A DNA stretch of 64,000 nucleotides from Candidatus Micrarchaeota archaeon (lineage in GTDB: Archaea > Micrarchaeota > Micrarchaeia > Anstonellales > Anstonellaceae). Position numbers and translations under genes: made by a program. The DNA lies in NCBI GenBank assembly GCA_026396415.1, contig JAPLWX010000028.1, positions 1,922-65,921 on the forward strand, given 5' to 3'. The first letter of the stretch is position 1, and each line of letters begins with the position of its first letter. Below, piece after piece: positions 48,914 through 58,958 of this stretch. The notes beneath the pieces were generated by a model. That model had not been told where the DNA came from and searched no databases. It worked only from the letters and a program-made list of their open reading frames with translations.

Positions 48914-49689
48914 TGTTTCCCCCGTTTCCATTCTTCCGCAAATGCGCGAACCGTTTCCTCGGACGACATGACATTGGTTTCGCGCTCCAGCTTTTCCGTC
49001 GATATGTCAAACAGCGCCTTTTCCTTGCCGGAGGACGACAGCTTCACGCCGGCAATTTTTGCAAATTCTGAAAGCTCAAGCGCACCCCTGCCAGCCACGT
49101 TGTAAGCCTCGCCCCATTTCCCTTTCCCGCAAAGGTGCATTGCGATCCGCGCCACCTCGCGCGTGCCCATGAAGTGCAATCGCGATTTTTCGGAAAGGAA
49201 GAGCCTGCCGCCGTGCAATATGTCGTACGCCGGCCCCTTTGTCATGTTCCTGCCCACCATGCCCGCCAGCCTGAGTATCATCCAGCTTTTTGCGTGTTTC
49301 CTTGCAGCAAGCTCGCCGCAGTATTTCGAGAACCCGTAGTTGGAAAGGGAGGAGGGGGATATCACCGCGTCTTCGCGGGTTGCCGCCCTGCTTGACTTGT
49401 CATTGTACACTTCAACCGTGGAGAGGTGCACATAATGCCTGCATGGGATGCCTTGCAAAAAGCCCACGGTCGATGCGGCATTCATTTCGAAGTCCGCCTC
49501 GGGGTCCTCATCGGCCAGCCTCTTGCTGGAGTTGCCGTCCGCGTTTATCAGAATGTCGAATTCCGTGCCCTTCAAGCCGGCATGGCCCGCCCTGCCGATC
49601 CCGACTACCTCATGCTGCCCGCCGGCTGAGAAAACTTCGTAAAATGCCGAGCCCACAAATCCCTTGTAGCCTATTATGCCCACTTTCAT
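48910..49689 (-). CDS. NAD(P)-dependent sugar epimerase/reductase (short-chain, RmlD-like)
   Basis: MKVGIIGYKGFVG Rossmann N-terminus and YGFSK (YxxxK). Confidence 0.6.
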   Translation of the reverse strand: MKVGIIGYKGFVGSAFYEVFSAGGQHEVVGIGRAGHAGLKGTEFDILINADGNSSKRLADEDPEADFEMNAASTVGFLQGIPCRHYVHLSTVEVYNDKSSRAATREDAVISPSSLSNYGFSKYCGELAARKHAKSWMILRLAGMVGRNMTKGPAYDILHGGRLFLSEKSRLHFMGTREVARIAMHLCGKGKWGEAYNVAGRGALELSEFAKIAGVKLSSSGKEKALFDISTEKLERETNVMSSEETVRAFAEEWKRGKQ

Positions 49690-49705
49690 GTAAACCCCGC
49701 CTGTT

Positions 49706-50665
49706 CTAGAGCCGCGCCTTGCCCTGGTTGGCCGCAAACCAATCGTAAGTTTTCCGTATCCCTTCCTTCAGCCCGACCCTGGGATTGAACCCCAGTATCC
49801 TGCGCATGCGCTTGGTGTCAAACACCTTGGCCATGTGCCCGTCGGGCTTGGACGAGTCCCACGCGATTTTGCCCTCGAAGCCGACCGCTTCCGCGACGGC
49901 CTCCGCCGTTTCCCGGATGCTAACGCCCACACCCGATGAAACGTTTATCGGAAGCTCCTCGTGGTGCTTATCAAGCGCGAGCACGAATGCGTCCGCAACG
50001 TCATCCACATATACAAAATCGCGCACGGGCTTTCCGCTCCCCCAAACCTCGACTTGCTTGTCGCCCCTCTCTTTTGCGAAATGGAAGCGGCGCATCAGGC
50101 CAGGTATGACGTGCGAGTTTTTCTCTGAAAAATTGTCATGGGGGCCGTATGCATTGCCGGGTATAAGCGACACCCAGTCCAGGCCATGCTGCCTCCGGTA
50201 GGCAACAAGCTGCAGGTGGTTCGCAGCCTTTCCAAGCGAATAGAACATGGCGTTCTCGTCAGGCAGCCCCCCTTCCCTGAACAGGTATTCCTCCTTTATG
50301 GGGTTGGGGGCGTTCTTGCCAAATGAGCAGCCGCAGAAAGAATAGATGAGGCGCTTCACCCCTGCACGCCGCGCCTCCTCCAGGAAAATGGTGTTCATGC
50401 CCATGTTCTGGTAGATGAATTCGCCGGGGTAGGCTTTGTTCGCCATTATGCCGCCCACGCGCGCAGCGAGGTGGATGACCGTGTCCGCCTGCACGTCGCG
50501 GAAAAGCGCGCGCACCCTTGCCTGCTCGAGCAGGTCGTAATCAAGCCTCGAAGGCGCGATTGTTTCGTGCCCCGCCTTCTTTAGCCGGGGCAGAAGCGCC
50601 GTTCCAATAAAGCCGTTTGCACCGGTCACAAGCACTCTCATGTTCCCCGCCTTCCCCGGCATCAT
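49706..50665 (-). CDS. fcl: GDP-L-fucose synthase (GDP-4-keto-6-deoxymannose 3,5-epimerase/4-reductase)
   Basis: VLVTGANGFIG, YSLGKAANH, VWGSGKPVRDFVYVDD and SKPDG blocks. Alternative start at 50641 (MRVLVTG). Confidence 0.8.
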   Translation of the reverse strand: MMPGKAGNMRVLVTGANGFIGTALLPRLKKAGHETIAPSRLDYDLLEQARVRALFRDVQADTVIHLAARVGGIMANKAYPGEFIYQNMGMNTIFLEEARRAGVKRLIYSFCGCSFGKNAPNPIKEEYLFREGGLPDENAMFYSLGKAANHLQLVAYRRQHGLDWVSLIPGNAYGPHDNFSEKNSHVIPGLMRRFHFAKERGDKQVEVWGSGKPVRDFVYVDDVADAFVLALDKHHEELPINVSSGVGVSIRETAEAVAEAVGFEGKIAWDSSKPDGHMAKVFDTKRMRRILGFNPRVGLKEGIRKTYDWFAANQGKARL

Positions 50666-51618
50666 CAGTAATTCTTGAACCTGTAATCCCTGAATGCCTC
50701 GTATCCCCTTGCCAGCTCGTCAATGCCCGCCTCGAGCGTGTACTTGAATGTGAAGCCTGTCGAAAGCACGCGCGCATTCGACACCACGTAGTTCCTCTTG
50801 TCCGGGTCCTGCCCTATCTCTGCGTGGAAAATGTTGAGCCCCGGCACGCGCTTTTTTATGAGCAGGCAGAGGCCCTCCTTGGAGATGTTGTAGTCCGGGT
50901 GCCCAAGGTTGTATGTCCTGTTTTTCATGGCCTCCCAGTTCACCATTGCCCAGAGGAACGCCCTTGATGCGTCGCGCACATGGAGGAAATTGCGCTTGAA
51001 CTTCCGCTCGAAAAGTATGATGGACTTCTCCTTCACCGCCTTGTAGACGAAGTCGTTCACCAAAAGGTCAGTCCTCATGCGCTGGGAAAAGCCGAACAGC
51101 GTGGCAAGCCTGAAGCATATCGAGTCGCCTGCGGCAGACACTGCATTTTCAGCAGCCACCTTGCTCCTGCCATACGTGGAAATGGGGTTCAGGGGGGAAT
51201 CCTCGGTGCACTCGCTTTTCCCGTCAGTGATTCCGTATCCTGAGTTGGTGGTCGGGAAAATGATCTTCTGCCCTTTCTTGCGGTGCTTCAGGAGGGAGCC
51301 TATTGCGCCGTTGTTTATCATCCATGTTATCTCTGGCTTCTGTTCCGAGACCGGAAAGCCCACGACTGCGGCCAGCGGGAATATGAAATCATATTTGCCT
51401 TCTGAAAGGAGCTTTTCCATGAACTTTTCGGATGTCACGTCCCCGAATATGAACGTCAGCTTCCCGCTGTAGAACAGGTTGAAGAGGGTACTTTGCGAGT
51501 AGGAAAGGTTGTCGACAACGGTGACTTCAAAACCCCTGTCGATCAGCATCTCGGTGAGCACCGAGCCGAAATAGCCAGAGCCGCCTGTGATGAGCACCTT
51601 GGTGCCTTTTTCCGCCAT
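50665..51618 (-). CDS. NAD-dependent nucleotide-sugar epimerase/dehydratase
   Basis: VLITGGSGYFG Rossmann motif, TNSGYG and YGRSK catalytic motifs. Confidence 0.7.
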   Translation of the reverse strand: MAEKGTKVLITGGSGYFGSVLTEMLIDRGFEVTVVDNLSYSQSTLFNLFYSGKLTFIFGDVTSEKFMEKLLSEGKYDFIFPLAAVVGFPVSEQKPEITWMINNGAIGSLLKHRKKGQKIIFPTTNSGYGITDGKSECTEDSPLNPISTYGRSKVAAENAVSAAGDSICFRLATLFGFSQRMRTDLLVNDFVYKAVKEKSIILFERKFKRNFLHVRDASRAFLWAMVNWEAMKNRTYNLGHPDYNISKEGLCLLIKKRVPGLNIFHAEIGQDPDKRNYVVSNARVLSTGFTFKYTLEAGIDELARGYEAFRDYRFKNY

Positions 51619-51727
51619 GAAGGAAAGCTTCTTCTCAACCTCGCCTGAAAACTCCGGTATCATGCCACACACCCGTGATGGTTTTCTGCCCTGAACCTAT
51701 AAAAAGGCTCTTTCCCCTATATTCTGC

Positions 51728-52765
51728 ATGGAAAAAGTTGCGATAAAGGCGCGCGCGCCTTCGCGCATAGGCATCGGCGGGGGCGGAAGCGACCTTCCGG
51801 CATTCTTCGAGCTTTACGGCGGGGCCGTGCTCAATGTCGCGATCAATTTATACTCCTACACCAAGATGACGCCCAACGGCCAGGGGCACACGCACGTAGT
51901 TTCGCATGACTGGAACATAGTGCGCGACATCGATGACACCGTCCCGGAGTTTGAGGCAAATGCCGCAAACAATGTCGACATGGTAAAAGCCGCCATGCAG
52001 ACCGCCGGGCTTTCGCCGAAAGCCGGCTATGAGCTCATCATCCATTCCATGAGCCCGAAAAATTCCGGGCTTGCCGGCTCTTCCGCGCTCCTCGTCTCGC
52101 TCCTGGCGGCAATGTCGAACGCGTCGGGCAAGCCGATGATGGACCGCGACAGTTTTGCAAAGGCGGCATACCACACCGAGCGCGTGCTTCTTAAGAGGCC
52201 GGGCGGCTACCAGGACCAGTATGCTGCCGTGTTCGGCGGATTCAACTTTATAGAATTCAAGAAAAGCAAGATAAACATCTACCCGCTGCGCCTTGAGGAG
52301 GACCTGGTGTCCGAATGGCATTCATCCATGATGCTTTTCGAGACGCCCCACAAGCGCCAGGGCGACGCCCACAACATCGAGCGCAGGAAGGAGGATGATG
52401 TCAGGAGCGGCGGGGAGAGCGTGGAATACCTCAGGAAAATACGGGACTATTCATATGGGATGCGCGACGCGCTCATCTGCGGCGACACGCGCTCGCTTGG
52501 CGAGTTATTGCACCTGTCGTGGCTCGAGAAGAAAAAGCTCCCGGGCGTTTCCTTCCCCGAGATCGAGAAGCTCTATGATGTGGCGAAGGAAAACGGCGCG
52601 TATGGCGGCAAGCTCTCGGGCGCAGGCGGCGGGGGCTTCCTGTTCGTGGTTTCAGACATGGCGGACCGCAAGCGCATCATGAATGCGATGGAAAAAAACG
52701 GGGCAAGGCTCGTGAATTTCGACTTTGACTTCGAGGGGATGGTTTCTTGGAGAACGGCCTATTGA
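51728..52765 (+). CDS. hddA: GHMP sugar kinase, D-glycero-D-manno-heptose 7-phosphate kinase-like
   Basis: [15 protein letters not shown]-terminus and [19 protein letters not shown]-binding motif, as in HddA-type kinases. Confidence 0.75.
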   Translation: MEKVAIKARAPSRIGIGGGGSDLPAFFELYGGAVLNVAINLYSYTKMTPNGQGHTHVVSHDWNIVRDIDDTVPEFEANAANNVDMVKAAMQTAGLSPKAGYELIIHSMSPKNSGLAGSSALLVSLLAAMSNASGKPMMDRDSFAKAAYHTERVLLKRPGGYQDQYAAVFGGFNFIEFKKSKINIYPLRLEEDLVSEWHSSMMLFETPHKRQGDAHNIERRKEDDVRSGGESVEYLRKIRDYSYGMRDALICGDTRSLGELLHLSWLEKKKLPGVSFPEIEKLYDVAKENGAYGGKLSGAGGGGFLFVVSDMADRKRIMNAMEKNGARLVNFDFDFEGMVSWRTAY

Positions 52766-53325
52766 GGGAAGCGGCAGGGGCGCACATCGAGGCGATGAAA
52801 AAGCTGCAGTCGGATGCGGCGCTTGGCATGGCTGCGGAAAAGCTCGCCTCGAAAACTGCGCACGCCTTCAAGAACGGCGGCAAGCTGCTCGTTTTCGGCA
52901 ATGGCGGCTCCGCTGCCGATGCGCAGCACATGGCCGCCGAGTTTGTCGGCAGGTACTTGAAAGAGCGGCGCGCCCTCCCTGCGATTGCGCTCACCGCAAA
53001 CACGTCCGCCCTCACTGCAATCGGCAACGACTATGGCTTTGAACGGGTGTTCGCGCGCCAGGTTTCGGCGCTTGCGGGAAAGAATGACGTTGTGGTGGGC
53101 ATTTCCACCAGCGGGAATTCGCCAAACGTCATCCTCGCGCTTGAAGCCGCAAAGGCAAATGGGGCATTCACTGCTGCGCTGGTGGGCGGCAAGGCATGCA
53201 GGATGGACAGTGCCGCGGACCTCGTCCTCAAAGCGCCCTCCGAGAGCACGCCGCGCATACAGGAAATGCACATCCTCATCATCCACACGGTCTGCGGAAT
53301 GGTCGAAACCGAACTTTTTGGATGA
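52747..53325 (+). CDS. gmhA: phosphoheptose (sedoheptulose-7-phosphate) isomerase, SIS domain
   Basis: [14 protein letters not shown] and [10 protein letters not shown] blocks. 192 aa. Confidence 0.85.
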   Translation: MENGLLREAAGAHIEAMKKLQSDAALGMAAEKLASKTAHAFKNGGKLLVFGNGGSAADAQHMAAEFVGRYLKERRALPAIALTANTSALTAIGNDYGFERVFARQVSALAGKNDVVVGISTSGNSPNVILALEAAKANGAFTAALVGGKACRMDSAADLVLKAPSESTPRIQEMHILIIHTVCGMVETELFG

Positions 53326-53344
53326 AGCGCCGGGGGACCCCAAG

Positions 53345-54343
53345 ATGAACATCCTATATTTCGTGCACACCTGCGGGGAGAGGAACGGGATTGCCAATCA
53401 TGTGCTCAGCATCACCAGGGCCCTTCCCGCCGGCATGAAGGCGCGCGTGATTGGCGGCAGGGGCGCCTCGCTCCCGCTTTTCTCCTCCCTGCGTTTCCCG
53501 GCCGGCGAATTTTTGGAGGCGCTCATGTCCGATTTTGACATAATCCACGTGCACGGCTATGGAAATTTCTACTCGTTTTTCGGCGCGCTTGTTTCCCTGC
53601 TGCGGAGGAAGCCCCTTGTATGGACGATACATGGCTATCCGCGCATCACCGGCGCGCGCAGGCTCTTCTACCTTATCTACCGCTTCGCAATGGCCCCGTT
53701 CATCTTTTGGCGGGCAGGCAGGATAATCAGCGTTTCGGGAGACATCCTTCCCATCCTGGAAAAGGAGACAAAAAAGCCAGTCACCGTCCTCCCAAACGGG
53801 GTCGACCTGGATTTTTTCAAGCCAGCTGGCAGCTACGCGCAAGCCAAGTGCGCGTGCTACGTCGGCAGGCTGGACCCCGACAAGGGCGCCATGCGCATGC
53901 TGGAATGCTGCTCGTTGCCCCTTCTTTTCATAGGCCCGGACGAAGGCGGCACGCGCGCAAAGCTGGCGGAGCAGGCAAGGCGGATGGGAAGGCGGGCTGA
54001 ATTCACGGAATGCGAATTCGAGAAAATGCCCGCCCAGTACGAACGATGCCGCTATGTGTTCCTTCCGTCAAAATATGAGGGTTTCCCTCTCACCCTCCTG
54101 GAATCGGTTGCAATGGAGCGCCCATTCGCCTCAAGCGATGTCGGGGAGGTGAAAGCGGTTCTCTCCACCCTGTTTGAAAAGCCTGAACGCTATCTGCTGC
54201 GCGGGGGCATCCAGGAAAAAGTCTCCGAGCTTGAGAAATCCAGCCTGCAAGGCGAGATGCACAAGGCAAGGAAAAAAGCGGCTGTCTACTCGTGGAAAAG
54301 CGTGGCGCAAAAAACAGCGGCAATCTACTCGGAAATCGCATAA
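53345..54343 (+). CDS. glycosyltransferase family 4 (GT-B)
   Basis: SKYEGFPLTLLESVAMERP Glycos_transf_1 signature. An upstream ORF extension encodes low-complexity R/S-rich sequence. Confidence 0.7.
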   Translation: MNILYFVHTCGERNGIANHVLSITRALPAGMKARVIGGRGASLPLFSSLRFPAGEFLEALMSDFDIIHVHGYGNFYSFFGALVSLLRRKPLVWTIHGYPRITGARRLFYLIYRFAMAPFIFWRAGRIISVSGDILPILEKETKKPVTVLPNGVDLDFFKPAGSYAQAKCACYVGRLDPDKGAMRMLECCSLPLLFIGPDEGGTRAKLAEQARRMGRRAEFTECEFEKMPAQYERCRYVFLPSKYEGFPLTLLESVAMERPFASSDVGEVKAVLSTLFEKPERYLLRGGIQEKVSELEKSSLQGEMHKARKKAAVYSWKSVAQKTAAIYSEIA

Positions 54344-54456
54344 AGCCGGCCCCAACGCCTTTATGATGGCAGCCGATGCCCCGGCTCTATCCATCAGGGG
54401 GCGAAGGCGCTTGGGAATTAACGACGGCTGCCAGATGACAACAGGATATTTAAAGA

Positions 54457-55272
54457 ATGGGAATGCAACAAGGCACCATGGAAATCCCATTGCCGGAAGG
54501 CATAAGGCAGGCGGCAAGAAGCCAGTATCGGCAAAGGGGCATTTTTTACACGCTTGCCAGGAGCGTGCTTGAGCCGAAGTACCCGTTCCTGTGGGCGCAC
54601 AACCAGATGTGGCTTGCACGCGCAAAAGTGAACAACGCCAGGCTATACCATTTTGTCGGCGACAGCCATACAACGCCATTCGAATTCCAGAAGAGCATGG
54701 TCGTGCACCATATAGGCAGGGCAACTGCACATAACCTTGTCAAGGACAATAGCAGCTCAGACTCAAAAAAACTCTTTTGGAAGGTCCTTTCCGGCATTGA
54801 CAGGAAAAGGGATATTGTAGTCGTGGTTTTTGGCGAGATAGACTGCAGGATACATATCTACTACCAGTTCAAGAAAAACCTGGAAAAAATACCCATCGAG
54901 GAGCTGATGGAAAGGACAATTGGAAATTATTTATCCGTCCTGAAGCAGGCAAGGGAAAAAGGGTACATGCTGGCCGTCCTTGGGATGCCCCCGGCATCTG
55001 CGCAGGAAAACTCCTACAAATACCCTTTTTATGGCGACGCCAGGACAAGGAGCCATATAAGCAGGAAATTCAACGCGATGCTTGCCAAAGCGTGCAGGGA
55101 AAACGGTTTCCCTTTCATAGACGTCTACTCTGCAAGCGAAGATGGGAACGGCTTCATACGGAAGGAATTTGCAAGGGACGAGGTCCACCTGAATGAGATG
55201 ATTGTGCCGGTGGTCAGGGTGCAGCTTGAAAAAATAGGGCAAACGGGAAAAGGAAGGGGCGGCAGCCCTTGA
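54457..55272 (+). CDS. SGNH/GDSL-like hydrolase family protein
   Basis: FVGDSHT (GDS-H block I) and DEVHLN (DxxH block V) in the expected order. Assignment is tentative. Confidence 0.45.
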   Translation: MGMQQGTMEIPLPEGIRQAARSQYRQRGIFYTLARSVLEPKYPFLWAHNQMWLARAKVNNARLYHFVGDSHTTPFEFQKSMVVHHIGRATAHNLVKDNSSSDSKKLFWKVLSGIDRKRDIVVVVFGEIDCRIHIYYQFKKNLEKIPIEELMERTIGNYLSVLKQAREKGYMLAVLGMPPASAQENSYKYPFYGDARTRSHISRKFNAMLAKACRENGFPFIDVYSASEDGNGFIRKEFARDEVHLNEMIVPVVRVQLEKIGQTGKGRGGSP

Positions 55273-55362
55273 GGATAGCCCCGTCGCTTGGGCCTGCGGC
55301 AATCCCCGGCAGCAGGGGATTTCGCGCATCGGGCGCAGTATTTTAAGCATTGGATTTCGGAT

Positions 55363-56157
55363 ATGCTCATGGAGAATTCCACCAAGGTCGTAATACTTTG
55401 CGGGGGGGAAGGCACGCGCATGCGCGAGGAGACCGAGTACGTTCCAAAGCCCATGGTGAAAATCGGCGGGATGCCCATCCTTTGGCACATAATGAAGATC
55501 TATTCTGCGCAGGGCTATAGCAACTTCGTGATCTGCCTCGGCTATAAGGGGGACATGATAAAGCAGTTCTTCCTCAACCACGAGCTCATGCAGAACGACG
55601 TTACAATCAACCTCGGGGATAGGGGGCTGGATGTTGTCCACAAGGGAAGCGGCTCCGAGGACTGGGCCATAACCTTTGCTGACACCGGGCTCAAGGCGCA
55701 GACAGGCGCCAGAATCAAGAGGATCGAGAAATACATAGATGGTGACCATTTCCTTGCCACATACGGCGACGGGGTTTCAGACATAAACCTGGCAAAAGAG
55801 CTGGAATTCCACAAAATGATGGGGGTCACCGCCACCCTTGCGGGAGTATCGCCCTACTCCAAATTCGGGATAGTCAAGTCCAACTCGCAGGGCCTGGTCG
55901 AAAAGTTTGTTGAAAAGCCCATGCTTTACGACTATGTCAATGGCGGCTACTACATATTCAATCGCAATATCTTCGACTTCCTGCAGGCGGACGAGTCATG
56001 CATCCTTGAGACAAGGCCTTTCAACGCCCTTGTCGAGAAAAGGCAGATGGCAATGTACCGGCATGACGGCTTTTGGCACTGCATGGACACGTACAAGGAC
56101 TATCTTGAGCTGAACGGGATATGGGACAGCGGCGCGCGCCCTTGGAAAATCCAGTAG
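55363..56157 (+). CDS. rfbF: glucose-1-phosphate cytidylyltransferase
   Basis: VILCGGEGTRMREETEYVPKPMV and GFWHCMDTYKD blocks diagnostic of RfbF/DdhA. Confidence 0.8.
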   Translation: MLMENSTKVVILCGGEGTRMREETEYVPKPMVKIGGMPILWHIMKIYSAQGYSNFVICLGYKGDMIKQFFLNHELMQNDVTINLGDRGLDVVHKGSGSEDWAITFADTGLKAQTGARIKRIEKYIDGDHFLATYGDGVSDINLAKELEFHKMMGVTATLAGVSPYSKFGIVKSNSQGLVEKFVEKPMLYDYVNGGYYIFNRNIFDFLQADESCILETRPFNALVEKRQMAMYRHDGFWHCMDTYKDYLELNGIWDSGARPWKIQ

Positions 56158-56179
56158 GGCACGGGCTGCAAAAGAGGGG

Positions 56180-57058
56180 ATGCGAATCAGGATGCTTTTG
56201 CTGGGCGCAAGCGGGGTAGTCGGCTTTCACGCGGCTTCTGAACTGAGGGCGCATGGCCATGAGGTCACCACGGTATCGCGCAATTCGCCATCGGTCGACT
56301 TCAGGGCGGATGTCACTGAGCCGGGCGAGCTTGGGCGCATCGTTGAAAAGGCCAGTCCGGAAGTGGTGATAAACGCGATAAAGCCATCGATGTCGGTTGA
56401 TGACATGGAAGCCGGGCGCAGCCTGGCATACGAAGTAAACACATTGCTCCCCGAGCGCCTGGCAAGGCTGCAGATGGCAATGGGGTTTGTTTTGGTGCAC
56501 ATGAGCAGCGACGGGGTTTATGAGGGAAAGGAGGGGGAGACATACGGTGAGGAATCAATACCGTACCCCCAGAATTTCTACACATTCACAAAGGCGCTTG
56601 CGGAAGAGAGGGTAAGGTGCCTTGCGAAGCGCCATCTCATACTCCGCACCGAGGGCGTGTTCGGCTTTGATGAAAGGCATGCCAATTTCTACATGAGGAT
56701 GAAGGATGCCTGCCTTGACAGGAAAGAGTTCCCTGCGGCCATCGACCAGTTCTCGCAGCCCATATACGGCGGGGAGCTTGCCAGGCTGATGAGGCTCTTG
56801 ATTGAAAAAGGGTGCAATGGCACCTACAACGCAGTCGGGCCGGAGTATGTTTCACGCTTCGGCCTGGCGCACAGGCTGCAAGGCGCCATGGGATGGGACT
56901 GTGCGGTTTCGCAGTCTTTCTCGGCTGGCAGGGGGATGAGGATGGGCAGATTCCTGCGCGTGAGCACAGCCAAGATAGAGGCCGCGGTTGGCAGGATCAA
57001 ATCGCTTGAAAGCCAGATCGCGGACCTTAAGAGGTGGGAAAATAAAAACAGTGATTGA
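56180..57058 (+). CDS. NAD(P)-dependent sugar 4-reductase (RmlD-like)
   Basis: LLLGASGVVG Rossmann N-terminus and YTFTK (YxxxK). RmlD substrate-binding-domain architecture. Confidence 0.65.
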   Translation: MRIRMLLLGASGVVGFHAASELRAHGHEVTTVSRNSPSVDFRADVTEPGELGRIVEKASPEVVINAIKPSMSVDDMEAGRSLAYEVNTLLPERLARLQMAMGFVLVHMSSDGVYEGKEGETYGEESIPYPQNFYTFTKALAEERVRCLAKRHLILRTEGVFGFDERHANFYMRMKDACLDRKEFPAAIDQFSQPIYGGELARLMRLLIEKGCNGTYNAVGPEYVSRFGLAHRLQGAMGWDCAVSQSFSAGRGMRMGRFLRVSTAKIEAAVGRIKSLESQIADLKRWENKNSD

Positions 57059-57569
57059 AATCCTGCCCCTGGAGGGCGCGCTGAAGCTGAGCCAGTTCTT
57101 CGCATCCGACGAGAGGGGGGGCATCCTGAAGGCTGCAGAGGCAGAGCTATTGGAGAGGCTCGGCTTTAGCATAACCGAAGTCCTGTTCTCAACCAACAGG
57201 AAAGGCGCGCTCCGCGGGATGCACTACCAGGACCCGTCCCCGCAGGCAAAAATCGTCTTTTGCATTTCCGGCAGGGTGTTTGACGTCATTGCTGACCTGA
57301 GGCCTGGCTCGAGAACGCACAGGAAATGGCTTGGCATCGAGCTTAGCAAAGAGAACAGGACGGGAATTTACGCCCCAAAAGGCTTTGCGCACGGGTTCCT
57401 GTCCCTTGAGGAAAACAGCACCCTGGCATACCTGATAGACGGGAAGGTGGAGCCGGAAAGCGAGCGCGGCATAAGGTACGACGACCCTGCGCTTGGCATA
57501 GCATGGCCAGTCTTGGGGATAAAGCCGGTCCTCAGCAAAAGAGACAGGGGATTTGCCCTGCTGGAATGA
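57051..57569 (+). CDS. NDP-4-keto-6-deoxy-sugar 3,5-epimerase (RmlC-like cupin)
   Basis: RGMHYQ, GIYAPKGFAHGF and IRYDDPALGIAWP blocks. GTG start overlaps the upstream stop. Confidence 0.7.
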   Translation: MIEILPLEGALKLSQFFASDERGGILKAAEAELLERLGFSITEVLFSTNRKGALRGMHYQDPSPQAKIVFCISGRVFDVIADLRPGSRTHRKWLGIELSKENRTGIYAPKGFAHGFLSLEENSTLAYLIDGKVEPESERGIRYDDPALGIAWPVLGIKPVLSKRDRGFALLE

Positions 57570-57582
57570 GCGCGATTGCCAT

Positions 57583-58869
57583 TCAGGCTATCCTTGGCCT
57601 GGGCACAGGCAGTATGAACTTGCCGCCCGATTGCTTGAAAGATGCCTGCTGCGCCATGATTTCGTCGGCCATGTTCCAGGCGAGTATGAGCAGGTAGTCC
57701 ACCTTGCTTTCGTCCAGCTTTTCCGGACCATAAACCATGATATGCGTCCCGGGGGTATAGTGGTTCTGCTTGTACGGGCTCCTGTCCACTGCATACTCCA
57801 CAAGGTCCGCCCCTATCTTGCAATAGTTCAAAAGCGTGTTCCCCTTGGCAGGCGCCCCGTAAATGGCAATCTTCTTGCCCCCTTTCTTCAGGCCCCGGAG
57901 GAGCGCGAGAAGCTCGGCCCGAAGCGTTCCGACATCGGATGCAAACTTGTCATAGGCTTCGTTCCCATAAAGGCCAAGCCTTTTTTCCTCATCGAGCATG
58001 CCGCCTATCTTCCCGCTGCTGGCTTTCCGCGGCCCGCCTTTCTTCTGGGCATATATGCGCAGTGTACCCCCGTGCACCGCCTGCTTCTTCACGTCAAAGA
58101 GCTCCATGCCCGACTGGCCAAACAGCCTGATTATCGGCTTGAGGGAGAAATAGGAAAGGTGCTCATGGTAAATGGTATCGAACTCAAGATGGCTGTAAAG
58201 GTCTGCCAGGTAGGGGAATTCCGCTATGAAAACCCCGTCGTCCGCAAGAAGCGATGACACGCCCGTCACAAAATCCTTGAGATCCGGGACATGGGCGAGC
58301 ACGTTGTTTGCGATCACCACCTTTGCCGGGCCTTCGGATGCCCTGATTTTCCTTGCGCAGCCCGAGTTGAAAAAGTCATTGAGGGTCCTGACCCCGGACT
58401 CGTTTGCCTTGAGGGCGATGTTTGTAGCCGGCTCGACCCCGAGTATCCGCACATCCTTGCCCAGCATGTTCCGAAGCAGGACGCCGTCGTTGCTCGCTAT
58501 TTCCACCACGAGGCTGCCTTTGCCTGCGAAATCGGCCAGCACCTCGGAAGCCAGCATTGCAAAATGGCCCCTCATTGTTGCAGATGTGGATGAAAAGTAG
58601 ATATAGTCCTTGAACATGACTTCGGGCGGAACGACGTAGTTCAGCTGCACCAGCCCGCATTCATTGCACAGGCAAACGTCCAGCGGGTATGATGGCTCGG
58701 GGTCGCCTATCCTTTCGGGCTTTATGAAGCTGTTCGCAAGCGGGGTCGGCCCGAGGCGCAAAAATACGTGAAGCTTGCCGCTTCCGCAAATCCGGCAGGC
58801 AGTAATGTTAGGCACTCCATCCCCTCCACACCAGGCGGCATTCCCCAAGGGCAGGTAACCTTTGCGCAT
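57583..58869 (-). CDS. NDP-hexose C-methyltransferase (TylCIII-like), second paralog
   Basis: CRICG..CNEC zinc ribbon, VVEIASNDGVLL SAM motif and a C-MT C-terminal domain. Paralog of 42754-44058. Confidence 0.7.
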   Translation of the reverse strand: MRKGYLPLGNAAWCGGDGVPNITACRICGSGKLHVFLRLGPTPLANSFIKPERIGDPEPSYPLDVCLCNECGLVQLNYVVPPEVMFKDYIYFSSTSATMRGHFAMLASEVLADFAGKGSLVVEIASNDGVLLRNMLGKDVRILGVEPATNIALKANESGVRTLNDFFNSGCARKIRASEGPAKVVIANNVLAHVPDLKDFVTGVSSLLADDGVFIAEFPYLADLYSHLEFDTIYHEHLSYFSLKPIIRLFGQSGMELFDVKKQAVHGGTLRIYAQKKGGPRKASSGKIGGMLDEEKRLGLYGNEAYDKFASDVGTLRAELLALLRGLKKGGKKIAIYGAPAKGNTLLNYCKIGADLVEYAVDRSPYKQNHYTPGTHIMVYGPEKLDESKVDYLLILAWNMADEIMAQQASFKQSGGKFILPVPRPRIA

Positions 58870-58882
58870 TCCCGGCGCATTT

Positions 58883-58900
58883 AAACTATTCTGATAGTTT
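58883..58900. promoter_or_regulatory. palindrome AAACTATTCTGATAGTTT in divergent promoter
   Basis: Perfect 7-bp arms flanked by TATA-like boxes (tttaaac / ttttatat), between divergently transcribed genes. Confidence 0.35.
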
Positions 58901-58958
58901 TATATTGGTTCCATCATCTTAAACGGGCTAGCTTTTCTCGGCAGCACGCATCCGGGGG

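Noticed and set aside
52985-53344. N-terminal 120-codon extension of the GT4 gene at 53345
   Set aside because: The extension is R/S/P-rich low complexity and overlaps the gmhA 3' end. The GT-B N-terminus starts at MNILYFVH.
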